DNA of 63,952 nt, filler included, from an uncultured bacterium (GCA_964609495.1; 4 parts of 4 records of this genome joined end to end with filler, not necessarily neighbours in it), one strand, 5' to 3'. Positions 29,955 through 39,858 are shown, numbered from the whole stretch's first letter. Made by a program: numbers and translations. The notes: generated by a model not told the origin, from the sequence alone.

Positions 29955-30977
29955 ATGCCGGTCAATGGTAAAGTGCAGATGTGCGTAGTAGGATTAGGGA
30001 TGGGATATCATCATGCTATATCCTACAATAAGATGAAGGACAAAGTGGATCTCTATGTCTGTGATATGGATGAGAAGAGATTGCAGAGAGCTAAAGATGA
30101 GCTAGATAATATTAGGGGAACTTTTTCTTCCCTACAGGAAGCTTTCGAGTCTTCCAAAATAGAGGCTTTCGATACTGCGCTTCCCCATTATATGCATAAG
30201 GATGCGATCCTCAAAGCCGCTGAGCTAGGGAAGGACTTTATGACGGAGAAGCCTATAGCTAGAAATCTGGCGGAGGCTGATGAGATGATAAAAGCCGCTA
30301 AAGATGCTGGGATCATCTTTATGGTTGCGGAGAATCAGCGCTTCCTTCCCACTGCTATAAAGGCAAGAGAGTTTATCGATCGAGGAATGTTAGGTAAAGT
30401 CTTCTTGGTAAGGGTCTATGAGTTGTGGCTCTCCCGAGTTGGGAACTGGAGGCTCTCGCTGGAGAGAGCTGGAGGGGGAAATTTAATCGATTCTGGGATT
30501 CACGCTATAGATACCTTGCGGATGCTAGGAGCATCCGATATAGATTTCGTCTTCAGCCAGACTAGAGGAGAGGTGTTAACCGACCTGGAGGCAGAGGATA
30601 CCGCGCTAGTTCAAGTTAAGTTCAAGAATGGAGCTATGGGGGATCTGATAACTAGCTGGGGGATAAAATATGCTGGTCCCAGACCTATTCTCAGATTCGC
30701 GGTATATGGCACCGAGGGATGTCTCTGGGCTCTCTATCATGCGGATGGGTTATATATTCAAAGCGATAAGTTCTCTGAATATGCCGCAGAACCAACCTTA
30801 GTGGAGATTGAGAAAGCTGATACCGTCGCTTTGGAGTGTGCTCATTTTGTGGATTGTATCCTTAATGGCAAGCAACCGATTACGAGCGGCGAAGAGGGAA
30901 GAAAGGATCTCGAGGTAGTGATGGCGGCCTATCGCTCTGCTGAAACTGGTCAACCAGTGAAATTACCCTTAAGTTAG
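29955..30977 (+). CDS. Gfo/Idh/MocA family oxidoreductase
   Basis: VVGLGMG, LPHYMH, TEKPIA, GGGNLIDSGIH. Confidence 0.92.
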   Translation: MPVNGKVQMCVVGLGMGYHHAISYNKMKDKVDLYVCDMDEKRLQRAKDELDNIRGTFSSLQEAFESSKIEAFDTALPHYMHKDAILKAAELGKDFMTEKPIARNLAEADEMIKAAKDAGIIFMVAENQRFLPTAIKAREFIDRGMLGKVFLVRVYELWLSRVGNWRLSLERAGGGNLIDSGIHAIDTLRMLGASDIDFVFSQTRGEVLTDLEAEDTALVQVKFKNGAMGDLITSWGIKYAGPRPILRFAVYGTEGCLWALYHADGLYIQSDKFSEYAAEPTLVEIEKADTVALECAHFVDCILNGKQPITSGEEGRKDLEVVMAAYRSAETGQPVKLPLS

Positions 30978-30986
30978 TTGATATTT

Positions 30987-31082
30987 GAGAGCGTAGGGCT
31001 GGGCCCCTAATGTTGGTGATGAACTGTAGCAAGTTCGATGTTCCTTAGAATCTCCCCTCCTTCGGTCGTGGAGAGTCGTCAA
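30987..31082 (+). mobile_element. Degenerate IS200/IS605 right-end (tnpB 3' / omega-RNA-like) remnant
   Basis: GTAGGGCTGGG...AGAATCTCCCCTCCTTCGGTCGTGGAGAGTCGTCAA: subterminal hairpin followed by TCAA; no transposase nearby. Confidence 0.5.
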
Positions 31083-31134
31083 TTCTTGAGTAGTAATAGA
31101 TTCCGGACTTCAATTTAGAATCTATGAAGAGGAG

Positions 31135-31335
31135 GTGTTAGATAAGGTGAAGGTAACTGTAGATGCTGATCTGTGCACTGGTTGCGGGCTATGTGAGGAT
31201 ACCTGTCCCGAGGTATTTATGCTAGGTGACGATGATATCGCTCACGTAATTGAGGGTGCTGATTGCGAGGAAGCGGGTTGCTGCGAAGAAGCGGCAGAGA
31301 ATTGTCCGGTAGAGGCTATTACCATAGAAGAGTAA
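31135..31335 (+). CDS. Single-cluster ferredoxin
   Basis: CTGCGLC..TCPEVF...NCPVEAI; GAGGAG SD. Confidence 0.92.
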   Translation: MLDKVKVTVDADLCTGCGLCEDTCPEVFMLGDDDIAHVIEGADCEEAGCCEEAAENCPVEAITIEE

Positions 31336-31345
31336 CAGCCTTTCC

Positions 31346-31392
31346 TTGAAGGGGTGGGGATATGCGGATCCCATCCCTTCAAATTTTATTCT
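31346..31392 (+). terminator. Rho-independent terminator
   Basis: TTGAAGGGGTGGG/CCCATCCCTTCAA stem followed by a T-rich tract. Confidence 0.7.
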
Positions 31393-31497
31393 TTATGGAA
31401 CTGCTTATAAAGAAACTTTAGATCTATCTAAGGTTGGAAATAAATATCTTTAAATTTTTGGAATCTACGAGTTCCTATCTCGAAGGATGGTGACTCT

Positions 31498-33582
31498 ATG
31501 AGAGTTTATACTTTAGAGAACGAAGTTTTGGCTCTGTCAATAGATGAAAGAGGAGTCATAATCAGCTTGAAAAATAAGGTTACTGGAAATGAATATATAT
31601 CGGTTGAGAATTGTTCGGCTTGGAAGTTGATCTTCAAGAATGATATCTGTTTGGAGAACCCTATCTTTTCTGAAGGACAAAGATGTGAGGTAAAAGCTGA
31701 TGCTAGATCTATTCAGGTGGAATATTCTCAACTGTTATATGAAGATAGGCTTTTGGATATACATCTCTCCTATTCTGTCAAATTCAGTGATGAAAGTAAA
31801 GACGAGTTGAGATGGAGTATAGAGCTGGAGAATGATGAAGATATCGAGATAGTTGAGATATGGTTTCCTCTCATCTCAGGGTTTCGCTCCTTAAGTGGAG
31901 ATCCTTCGCAGGATTTGTTGATCTGGCCTCATCTCGCGGGAGGAAAGAAGACAAAAGATCCACTTAACGCCTTAGGGACTGAGAAGAGTTGGAACGGGAA
32001 TGTGATCGATCCTCACAAGATGAGGATGCTATATCCAGGCGTAGCATCTATGAGCTGGTTTGATATCTGTAATGAACAAGAGGGCTTATATCTAGCCTCC
32101 TATGATAGAACTTTGCAGAGTACCTGTCTTAATGTGATGAAACACTTTGAAAAGGAAACTTTTGCTTCAAATAAACTCAAGGTTCAAAAGTTTCCTTTTG
32201 AGGATGAGGAATACCTCTCCCTCTCCCTAGTCAAGTATCCCTTCATCGGTAGAGGAGAGAATTGGAAGGCGAATTGCTATGTGATCTCTCTCCATCAGGG
32301 TGATTGGCATATTGCTTCCCAGAAGTATCGCGCTTGGGCAGATACTTGGATGAGGAAAGCGGAGCCTCCCGCTTGGATTGCGGAGGACTTGGTAGGTTGG
32401 CAGATCATAATTTTGAAGAGCCAGTATGGAGAGATATTTTGGCGGTATAGTGATATCCCCGGGCTCTTCGCCGAGATGAAGGAGGCCGGGATAACGACCT
32501 TCTTTGTCTGGGGATGGCATACTGGAGGGATGGATAACCGTTATCCAGAATACGAACTGGACCCCTTGTTAGGAGGAGAGGAGGAGTTCAAGAGGGCTAT
32601 AGAGAAGGTCAAGGAGATGGGAGGAAGAGTGATCTTATACACTCAAGGGCGTTTGTTAGATCTAGGAACGGAGTTCTATCGGAGAATAGGACATCATATC
32701 TCAGCTAAGTGTCTATGGGGAAACGAGTATCACGAATTTTATCCCTTCTCTCATCACGGAACGATCCTCACCGAGAGTAATGGCAAAGAATTTGCCATCG
32801 CTTGTCCCTCCAATCCCGAGTGGCTAGGAGTGCTTCTGAATCAAGTGGAATTGGTAAAGCGATTAGGAGCATCGGGTATGCTCTTCGATCAGCTTGGTGG
32901 AACTAAGCCCTATCTATGTTTCGATTCGAGCCATCCTCACGAGAAGCCTTCGCTAGCCTTTGGCCCAAATATAGTGCGTAATTGGGAGAAGATAAGGGAA
33001 GCCGTGAAGAAACCCGATCCCGAATTCGGAGTCATCACGGAGTTGACGACGGATGTATATACCCAGCAGGTTGATATAGTCCATGGTTACGGTTATGGGA
33101 GACGCTATGATTCCTCGCCTGAGATCTTCCGCTATACCTTCCCTGAGCGGATAATATCTTGTCGTCAGATCGAAGTGGGGGATTATGAAGAGGTAAATTT
33201 CGCCTTTGTTTATGGACTGCGCTTCGATATCGCCATATATGCGCTTTCTAGTTCTTTGAGCGAAGATCCCGAACTAGCCAAGTATATTAAAGCTATAGCT
33301 GATATTAGAAGGAAGTATAAGAATTTATTGATGAAAGGGACTTTTGTTGATGAGGACGGGTTCGAGATAAACGATGATAGATTATTAGCAAAGGGATATA
33401 AAGCTTCTGAACAGATGGCGATCTTGATCTGGAATCCTACAACTGAGGGGATAGAATTCGAGATAGATTCTCCTGGCTATGTTCAGGGGAAGATGGTCAA
33501 AGTTGAGGGTGAAAGCGATGATATATCGGGGGAATATTGGTTAGAAGCTAACGAGATCGCGATGATTCTGTTAGATAATTGA
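31498..33582 (+). CDS. DUF6259-like putative glycoside hydrolase (beta-sandwich plus TIM barrel)
   Basis: GDWH..S..YRAW, WGWHTGGMDNRYPEY, LGGEEEFK, GMLFDQLG, PEIFRYTFPE; located in a sugar catabolism cluster. Confidence 0.65.
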   Translation: MRVYTLENEVLALSIDERGVIISLKNKVTGNEYISVENCSAWKLIFKNDICLENPIFSEGQRCEVKADARSIQVEYSQLLYEDRLLDIHLSYSVKFSDESKDELRWSIELENDEDIEIVEIWFPLISGFRSLSGDPSQDLLIWPHLAGGKKTKDPLNALGTEKSWNGNVIDPHKMRMLYPGVASMSWFDICNEQEGLYLASYDRTLQSTCLNVMKHFEKETFASNKLKVQKFPFEDEEYLSLSLVKYPFIGRGENWKANCYVISLHQGDWHIASQKYRAWADTWMRKAEPPAWIAEDLVGWQIIILKSQYGEIFWRYSDIPGLFAEMKEAGITTFFVWGWHTGGMDNRYPEYELDPLLGGEEEFKRAIEKVKEMGGRVILYTQGRLLDLGTEFYRRIGHHISAKCLWGNEYHEFYPFSHHGTILTESNGKEFAIACPSNPEWLGVLLNQVELVKRLGASGMLFDQLGGTKPYLCFDSSHPHEKPSLAFGPNIVRNWEKIREAVKKPDPEFGVITELTTDVYTQQVDIVHGYGYGRRYDSSPEIFRYTFPERIISCRQIEVGDYEEVNFAFVYGLRFDIAIYALSSSLSEDPELAKYIKAIADIRRKYKNLLMKGTFVDEDGFEINDDRLLAKGYKASEQMAILIWNPTTEGIEFEIDSPGYVQGKMVKVEGESDDISGEYWLEANEIAMILLDN

Positions 33583-33671
33583 CCTTCCTTCGAAAATTGA
33601 CATCTATCGCGACTATTACATGGATAATACTTATAATATATAGCCCTAAGATTTAAGGAAGGTGATAAATA

Positions 33672-34658
33672 ATGATAAACAGGAACGTTATAAGAAAGCT
33701 GTGTTTGGCGATAGCGATCGTCATTAGTTTAGCAGGCTGCACAATAGATTTTGGGGGTGGTCCAGGAGGGAAGGATGAAGAAGCTCCCGCCTCGCCATCA
33801 GGTCTTACGGTCGTAAGAGCGATGGATGGAGAGGTGGAGTTAGCTTGGCAACCCAACACCGAATCCGATCTAGCGGGATATAATATCTATCGGGCAGAAG
33901 CGGATGATAGTGATAATCTGCCTCCTTTCAAGGATTATGTGGTAGTGGGAACTGCTACATCTCCTAATTTTACTGATAGGGGATTGAGCTATGCGAAGTA
34001 TTACTATTATCGGGTTTCAGCTTATGATACCAGTGGAAATGAGAGCAGTCCAAGTGCTTATAAAGTGGTTCGACTTGGCACTAATACTAGCCCAGATATC
34101 CCCCAAGGTTTAAAAGCTATCGCTCGTAACTATGCCAATATAGTGCGCATAAATCTGAGTTGGAGAGCTAATACTGAATCGGATCTCGCTGGATATGAGA
34201 TATATAGATCCGTAGGTTCAATTGATAATTTTGAGCCTTCAGAGATCGCTACTACTAATAGCTATATCGATCCCGAGGTTGAGGTAGGGACGAGGTATTA
34301 CTATCGTATCCGAGCTTTTGATGAGGCTGGTTTGAAGAGTGCCTATTCGGATACTGTATCTGATATTCCTCTTCTTCCTCCGAAGCTGTTAGAGCCTTCG
34401 GATGGAGCAAGTGTCGATCCTCGGCCTACCTTTAAGTGGGAAGCCGTGGATGGTGCTAAAGGATATGTTATCTGGGTGACTACCAGTGAGGTAGCCGGGG
34501 AAATTTGGGTTCAGAGAACAACTTCCACCTCGATAACCTACCTAGGAGATCCTCTCTTACTCAGTGGGGAAAGCTACTATTGGAAGGTATCAACTTATAC
34601 TAATGATCCTTGGGATATTAATTCCATAAGTGGTGTAAGGAGGTTTACCATCCGTTAG
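33672..34658 (+). CDS. Fibronectin type III repeat lipoprotein
   Basis: Lipobox SLAGC; repeated W..NTESDLAGY.IYR and YYYR(V/I).A(Y/F)D..G..S motifs. Confidence 0.88.
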   Translation: MINRNVIRKLCLAIAIVISLAGCTIDFGGGPGGKDEEAPASPSGLTVVRAMDGEVELAWQPNTESDLAGYNIYRAEADDSDNLPPFKDYVVVGTATSPNFTDRGLSYAKYYYYRVSAYDTSGNESSPSAYKVVRLGTNTSPDIPQGLKAIARNYANIVRINLSWRANTESDLAGYEIYRSVGSIDNFEPSEIATTNSYIDPEVEVGTRYYYRIRAFDEAGLKSAYSDTVSDIPLLPPKLLEPSDGASVDPRPTFKWEAVDGAKGYVIWVTTSEVAGEIWVQRTTSTSITYLGDPLLLSGESYYWKVSTYTNDPWDINSISGVRRFTIR

Positions 34659-34701
34659 GAATTTTTCAAGGGGAATTTTGTATTGCGGAGGGGAGTATGT
34701 T

Positions 34702-34987
34702 ATGAAGTTACTAGATATATTTGATGAAGAAACTTTAAAACAACTTCAGGTGAATTTCTGGAGAGCTACGGGTATAACTGTAGGGCTCACCGATTTAGAG
34801 GGGAATCCCGTAGCTCAGGTTAGGGATTTTTGGACCCGTCTTTGCACCTTTTATCATCGCCAAACCCCGGAAGGAGAGGAAAACTGCCATCGCAACGATG
34901 CTCGAGCAGGAGCAGAGGCGGCTAGGACGAGAAAGCCCTTTATATACAGATGCAATCGAGGATTGATAGACTTTGCGGTGCCCGTTG
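34702..34987 (+). CDS. PocR ligand-binding sensor domain protein; 3' end cut by the assembly gap
   Basis: LKQLQVNFWRATGI...DLEGNP...C...C..ND...YRCNRGLIDFAVP with the three PocR cysteines. Confidence 0.8.
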
Positions 34988-35087
34988 NNNNNNNNNNNNN
35001 NNNNNNNNNNNNNNNNNNNNNNNNNNNNNNNNNNNNNNNNNNNNNNNNNNNNNNNNNNNNNNNNNNNNNNNNNNNNNNNNNNNNNNN
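34988..35087. other. Scaffold gap (100 N, true length unknown)
   Basis: Run of N with no linker motif. Confidence 0.95.
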
Positions 35088-35877
35088 TGGGTTAGTTTAT
35101 GTTAATCCAAGATTAAGCGGTAGCGAGTTAACCCGGTTATATGATGAGGATTACTACTCCAGCGATGATTCGGTCTTCTGTGGATATGAGAGTTATGTAG
35201 GAGAGAAGGATAATTTTCGCAAATCCTTTCGGATGAGGTTGAAGACCATCAAGCAATTCAGCAAGAAGGGGAGGATCCTTGATGTAGGTTGTGCCTATGG
35301 CTTCTTCTTGGAGGTAGCTGAGGAGGAGGGATGGGAGGGATATGGAGTCGAGATCTCCGAATATGCGGCTAGGTATGCTAAAGAGGAATTGGGCTTAAAG
35401 GTATCCCTGGGGGAACTCAAGGAAGTCCGATATCCAAGCGAATATTTCGAGGTTGTGACTCTATGGGATGTTATAGAGCATCTGCCCGATCCTCTGGGAG
35501 AGTTAAAGGAGATCAATCGAATCTTGAGGAAGGGTGGGATAGTAGCTCTATCCACCCCAGCCATAGACAGCTTATTCGCTAAGCTGAGCGGGAAGAGATG
35601 GATAGGGTTTCAATGCCCTTGGGAACATATATACTACTTCTCCCGTTCGACTATCTCTAAGTTATTAGAAAAGGCAGGCTTCGAGGTTGTAAGAATAGGG
35701 ACTATAGGTAGGATATGCGATCTGAGATATATAGCTGATCGATTTAAGCTATATAGTAGCTTTATATCCAGGCAGTTAGAGGCTATGATCGATAAGTTCC
35801 CTTATCTCAATAACTTCAAGTTCTATATAGACCCTCATCATACTATGGTCGCATATGCTCGAAAGCTGGATGAATAG
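35088..35877 (+). CDS. Class I SAM-dependent methyltransferase (cell-surface glycan locus type); 5' end cut by the gap
   Basis: GLVYVNPR, ILDVGCAYGFFL, GVEIS, WDVIEHLPDP, HIYYFS. Confidence 0.88.
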
Positions 35878-35879
35878 TG

Positions 35880-36432
35880 ATACGAATTTTGGTCTTTGAG
35901 CAGATAATCGGAGTATCATATTCTTAGTTTTTCGCTAGTGGGTTCAAGACATAATTCCTCCCTCACCCTATCCCTCTCCCACGAGGGGAGAGGGAACGTC
36001 GAGATTGAACTGAAGCCCTTTAGTTCCCCCTCCCTTTTGGTTTTTGAACTTATAATCGGAGTATCATATTCTTAGTTCTTCGCTAGGGGGTTAAAGACTA
36101 ATTCCCCCTCACCCTATCCCTCTCCCACGAGGGGAGAGGAAACGTCGAGATTGAGCTAAAGCCATTTAGTTCCCCCTCCCTTTTGGTTTTTGAACTTATG
36201 ATCGGGGGTATCATATTCTTAGTTCTTCGTTAGGGAGTTAAAGACTAATTCCCCCCTCACCCTATCCCTCTCCCACGAGGGGAGAGGGAACGCTGAGATT
36301 GAGCTAAAGCCATTTAGTTCCCCCTCCCTTGATGGGAGGGGTTAGGAGAGGGTGATTTAAGGCGGGTTCGAGATCTGACAGGAGAAAAATCTTCAATAGT
36401 CCTATTAATTCGGCAAAGACCAAAATTCGTAT
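35880..36432. mobile_element. MITE-like element with 19-bp perfect TIRs enclosing three tandem ~147-bp palindromic units
   Basis: ATACGAATTTTGGTCTTTG (35880-35898) and CAAAGACCAAAATTCGTAT (36414-36432); units start at 35887, 36035 and 36181. Confidence 0.85.
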
Positions 36433-36461
36433 GGTTAGATATGGGGTGAGATTCCAAATCA

Positions 36462-37196
36462 GTGATTGTGGAAAGAGGGAAACGAGTGATATCGATAATA
36501 ATCCCGGCGTATAATGAACAAGAAAATATCCCCAGAATTGAGGAAGAGTTGATCCCTGTAATGGATAATTTGGGGTGTGATTATGAATTAGTAATAGTTA
36601 ATGATGGTAGCCACGACGGAACTGAGGAGGAGATATTTAAGCTTAAGAGTAAATTCGATAATATAAACTTAGTGAGGCATAATAGAAATAAAGGTTTAGG
36701 ATGTGCGGTTAGGACAGGAATAGAACATATCCAGGGGGAGCTGGTGATAACGATAGATGCTGATTTCACCTTTCACCCACGAGATATTCCAAGATTACTG
36801 GAGAAATACGGGGGGACCAAGGCCGATTGCGTTATAGGATCTCATCTTCACCCCGATGGCAATGTTGACGGGGTTATCACCTATAGGCTATGGTTAAGTA
36901 GGGTAGTCAATAGGATATACGCTCTTCTGATGGGTGGTAGGATTTCCTCCTATAGCTCGATATTCAGGCTATATAAGGCAGGTGAGTTGAAGAAGCTAGA
37001 CCTTAAAAGCACTGGCTTTAATATCAATGCTGAGATCTTGTTTAAGCTACTTCAGAATGGGGGCAGGGTGGTTGAGGTTCCTGTCGCTCTAACTACCAGG
37101 AAGTATGGAACATCTAAGTTGAGAACAGGAAGGGAGATAAAGAATCACTTGATTCTCCTGAGTAAAATTTTACTTTGGAAATTAGGAATAAAATAG
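36462..37196 (+). CDS. Glycosyltransferase family 2 (polyprenol-phosphate sugar synthase, DPM1-like)
   Basis: ISIIIPAYNE, VNDGSHDGT, NKGLG, IDADF. Confidence 0.92.
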   Translation: MIVERGKRVISIIIPAYNEQENIPRIEEELIPVMDNLGCDYELVIVNDGSHDGTEEEIFKLKSKFDNINLVRHNRNKGLGCAVRTGIEHIQGELVITIDADFTFHPRDIPRLLEKYGGTKADCVIGSHLHPDGNVDGVITYRLWLSRVVNRIYALLMGGRISSYSSIFRLYKAGELKKLDLKSTGFNINAEILFKLLQNGGRVVEVPVALTTRKYGTSKLRTGREIKNHLILLSKILLWKLGIK

Positions 37197-37245
37197 ATTC
37201 CAGACCTTAGAGATAATATTGAAGCCACTTGATTGGGAGGTATAG

Positions 37246-38874
37246 ATGGATATGGGAAGGCTAGAAAAGGGGACTTTTGCAGGTAATAGGACTCAAGGTA
37301 AAAAAGTCCCCTTTCAGGGGAGGATTTCCTCATCTATTGGGAGAGTTTCGATCTTAGTCCTGGATTTCGGCTCTCAGTATAATCAACTTATCACTAGAAG
37401 GGTGAGGGAATGCGGAGTCTATTGTGAGTTAGTCCCCTATAATATAGCTGTGGAGGAGATCAAGAGGATAAATCCTAAAGGAATCATCTTCTCCGGAGGG
37501 CCAGCCAGCGTTTATCAGGGGAATGCTCCTCTCTGTGATCCTGAGATATTCGAGTTAGGGATACCAATACTAGGCATCTGTTATGGGATGCAGCTCATGA
37601 CCTATATGTTGGAGGGCAAGGTAGTTAAGGGACGGAGAAGGGAGTATGGCAAGACCAATCTATACCTAGACGAGTCAAACGTTATCTTTCAGGATCTGGA
37701 GGATCGCTTAACCTGTTGGATGAGCCACGGGGATTTGATCCTTGAGGTTCCTCCTGGTTTTAAGAAGTTAGCTCATACTGATAGCGCTCCCATAGCAGCA
37801 ATGGGCGATCCCGAACATAAGCTCTATGCCCTTCAATTTCATCCCGAGGTGGCGCATACTCCTCGGGGAAAAGAGATGCTTAAGAACTTTCTCTATCATA
37901 TATGCGAGTGCGAGGCTAGTTGGTCTCCTCACTCCTTTATTCAAAGTGCTATTGGAGATATAAAGGAAAGGGTGGGAGATGGTAAGGTTCTATGCGCCCT
38001 GAGTGGAGGGGTCGACTCGGCAACCACCGCTGTTCTAGTACATAGAGCTATAGGTGATCAGCTAACTTGTATCTTCGTTGATACCGGACTGCTTCGGCAA
38101 GGAGAAGCCAAACAGGTAGTTGATACTTTTAAGCGAAACTTTCATATAGATCTAAGACATATCGAGGCTGAGGAAAGATTCTTAAATCGTCTGGAGGGAG
38201 TAATCGATCCCGAGGAGAAGAGGAAGATAATCGGAGAGGAATTTATTCGAGTATTTGAGGAGGAGGCGCGAAAGCTGGGGAATTTTTTCCTCGCTCAAGG
38301 CACTCTATATCCGGATGTCATCGAGAGCGCATCCGCGGGGATAGGCCCCTCCGCCCGTATCAAAACTCACCATAATGTAGGAGGACTACCTGAAGATTTG
38401 AAGCTGAATTTGATCGAACCTTTGCGCTTTCTCTTCAAAGATGAGGTTCGAGGAGTGGCGAAGAGTTTAAATCTACCTGAAGAGATCGTCTGGCGTCAAC
38501 CCTTCCCTGGGCCGGGCTTAGCGATCCGAATCCTCGGAGAGGTTACTAAGGAGAGACTTGATCTGCTTCGCTCTGCTGATAAGATCGTTACCGATGAGAT
38601 AAGGGAGGCAGGATTATCCAAGGAGTTGTGGCAGTTCTTCGCAGTTCTATTGCCTCTTAAGAGCGTAGGGGTGATGGGAGATGAACGCACTTATGACCAA
38701 GTCATCGCGGTTAGAGCGGTGAGCAGTGATGATGCGATGACTGCCGATTGGGCGAGGCTTCCCTCTCCTCTTTTGGAAAGGATATCGAATCGAATAACTA
38801 ACGAGGTTTCGGGGATAAATAGGGTAGTTTATGATATCACCTCCAAGCCTCCTGCTACTATAGAGTGGGAGTAG
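37246..38874 (+). CDS. guaA: GMP synthase (glutamine-hydrolysing) with a ~30-aa N-terminal extension
   Basis: [48 protein letters not shown]. Confidence 0.97.
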   Translation: MDMGRLEKGTFAGNRTQGKKVPFQGRISSSIGRVSILVLDFGSQYNQLITRRVRECGVYCELVPYNIAVEEIKRINPKGIIFSGGPASVYQGNAPLCDPEIFELGIPILGICYGMQLMTYMLEGKVVKGRRREYGKTNLYLDESNVIFQDLEDRLTCWMSHGDLILEVPPGFKKLAHTDSAPIAAMGDPEHKLYALQFHPEVAHTPRGKEMLKNFLYHICECEASWSPHSFIQSAIGDIKERVGDGKVLCALSGGVDSATTAVLVHRAIGDQLTCIFVDTGLLRQGEAKQVVDTFKRNFHIDLRHIEAEERFLNRLEGVIDPEEKRKIIGEEFIRVFEEEARKLGNFFLAQGTLYPDVIESASAGIGPSARIKTHHNVGGLPEDLKLNLIEPLRFLFKDEVRGVAKSLNLPEEIVWRQPFPGPGLAIRILGEVTKERLDLLRSADKIVTDEIREAGLSKELWQFFAVLLPLKSVGVMGDERTYDQVIAVRAVSSDDAMTADWARLPSPLLERISNRITNEVSGINRVVYDITSKPPATIEWE

Positions 38875-38876
38875 AT

Positions 38877-38961
38877 GAATTGTTTCAATTCCTCAAGGGA
38901 AATTATCTTTATTTCTACTGAGGGGGGCTTGAACTCACTAGTAAATGTTTGAAACTACTTA
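38877..38961. repeat. Miniature inverted-repeat element; its right end matches 49708-49741 in inverted orientation
   Basis: The reverse complement of 38928-38961 matches TAAGTAGTTTCAAATATTCGATAGTGAGTTCAAG at 30/34; degenerate left end AATTGTTTCAA. Confidence 0.65.
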
Positions 38962-39583
38962 ATCGTTTTCTTCTCCATATTTCTTAACCTTGGTTATTAG
39001 AGCCTGCCTTGAGATGCCGAGAAGCCTGGCCGCCTGAGCTTTATTACCATTGGTCCTATCCAGCACTTTCTTGATATAATCCTTTTCCAACTGCTCTAGT
39101 GAGATTATCTCTGGGTGTTCGACTATATCCTTCGGCTTAAGATCTCGTTGTTCGGAGGATATTAGCTCCCCAGGTAGATGCTTGGGTAGTATCTCATCTC
39201 CTTCCACTAAGATCATCGCTCTCTCTATCACATTCTTCAATTCCCTGACGTTACCCGGCCATTCATAATTCATAAGGATATTCTCAGCCTCGGGAGATAT
39301 CTTAGTGACTTTCTTCTTAAACTCCTTATTGTATTGCTTTATGGAGTGGTAAGCTATAAGTAATATATCATCCCCTCTTTCCCTAAGGGGTGGTAGAGTT
39401 ATGGAGAATACCTTTAATCTATAGTAGAGATCCTCTCGAAACTCACCTCTATTTACGGCTTTTTGAAGATCCTTATTAGTCGCGGCGATCAGACGCACAT
39501 CGACGGTTATACTCTCCGCTCCTCCTACTCGGCGGAAGGTCTTAGTTTCCAGAAATCGCAATAACTTAACTTGCATCGCTAGT
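38959..39583 (-). CDS. Sigma-54-dependent (NtrC family) activator, C-terminal AAA+ and Fis HTH; 5' end cut by the contig end
   Basis: QVKLLRFLE, VDVRLIAATN, FREDLYYRL, WPGNVREL, GNKAQAARLLGISR. Confidence 0.93.
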
Positions 39584-39683
39584 NNNNNNNNNNNNNNNNN
39601 NNNNNNNNNNNNNNNNNNNNNNNNNNNTTAATTAATTAANNNNNNNNNNNNNNNNNNNNNNNNNNNNNNNNNNNNNNNNNNNN
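39584..39683. other. Artificial contig-joining linker
   Basis: N-TTAATTAATTAA-N, 100 nt. Confidence 0.97.
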
Positions 39684-39684
39684 A

Positions 39685-39858
39685 TACTCTTCGATGACTT
39701 CCCTCGATTTTGTCTCTATGCTGATCGAGAAAACAGGAGTGGTAATCTCTCCAGGAACAGGTTTTGGTCCACTAGGCGAGGGATATGTAAGAATCGCTCT
39801 AGTGGCTCCGGAGGAGAGATTGAAGGAGGCTGTGCGCAGGATAGGTGAGATACTGTAG
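39685..39858 (+). CDS. Class I/II PLP-dependent aminotransferase, C-terminal fragment (absent from the ORF track)
   Basis: Translates to ...LIEKTGVVISPGTGFGPLGEGYVRIALVAPEERLKEAVRRIGEIL*. Confidence 0.88.
   Translation, partial: YSSMTSLDFVSMLIEKTGVVISPGTGFGPLGEGYVRIALVAPEERLKEAVRRIGEIL

Noticed and set aside
34678-35877. Apparent novel PocR-methyltransferase fusion protein (399 aa)
   Set aside because: The ORF reads through a 100-N placeholder gap of unknown length; the halves are most likely two separate truncated genes.
35887-36356. Tandem array as a CRISPR array
   Set aside because: Units are ~147 bp and similar along their whole length, with no unique spacers and no cas genes in the window.
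37195-37345. Purine riboswitch upstream of guaA
   Set aside because: The intergenic region is only about 50 bp and lacks the purine aptamer consensus.
38882-38911. GTTTCAATTCCTCAAGGG resembling a CRISPR repeat start
   Set aside because: Single copy with no spacer-repeat periodicity; better explained as the end of a miniature inverted-repeat element.
38875-39583. Genomic island integrated at the guaA 3' end
   Set aside because: No integrase or att duplication is visible; the next gene is an ordinary sigma-54 activator and the contig ends.
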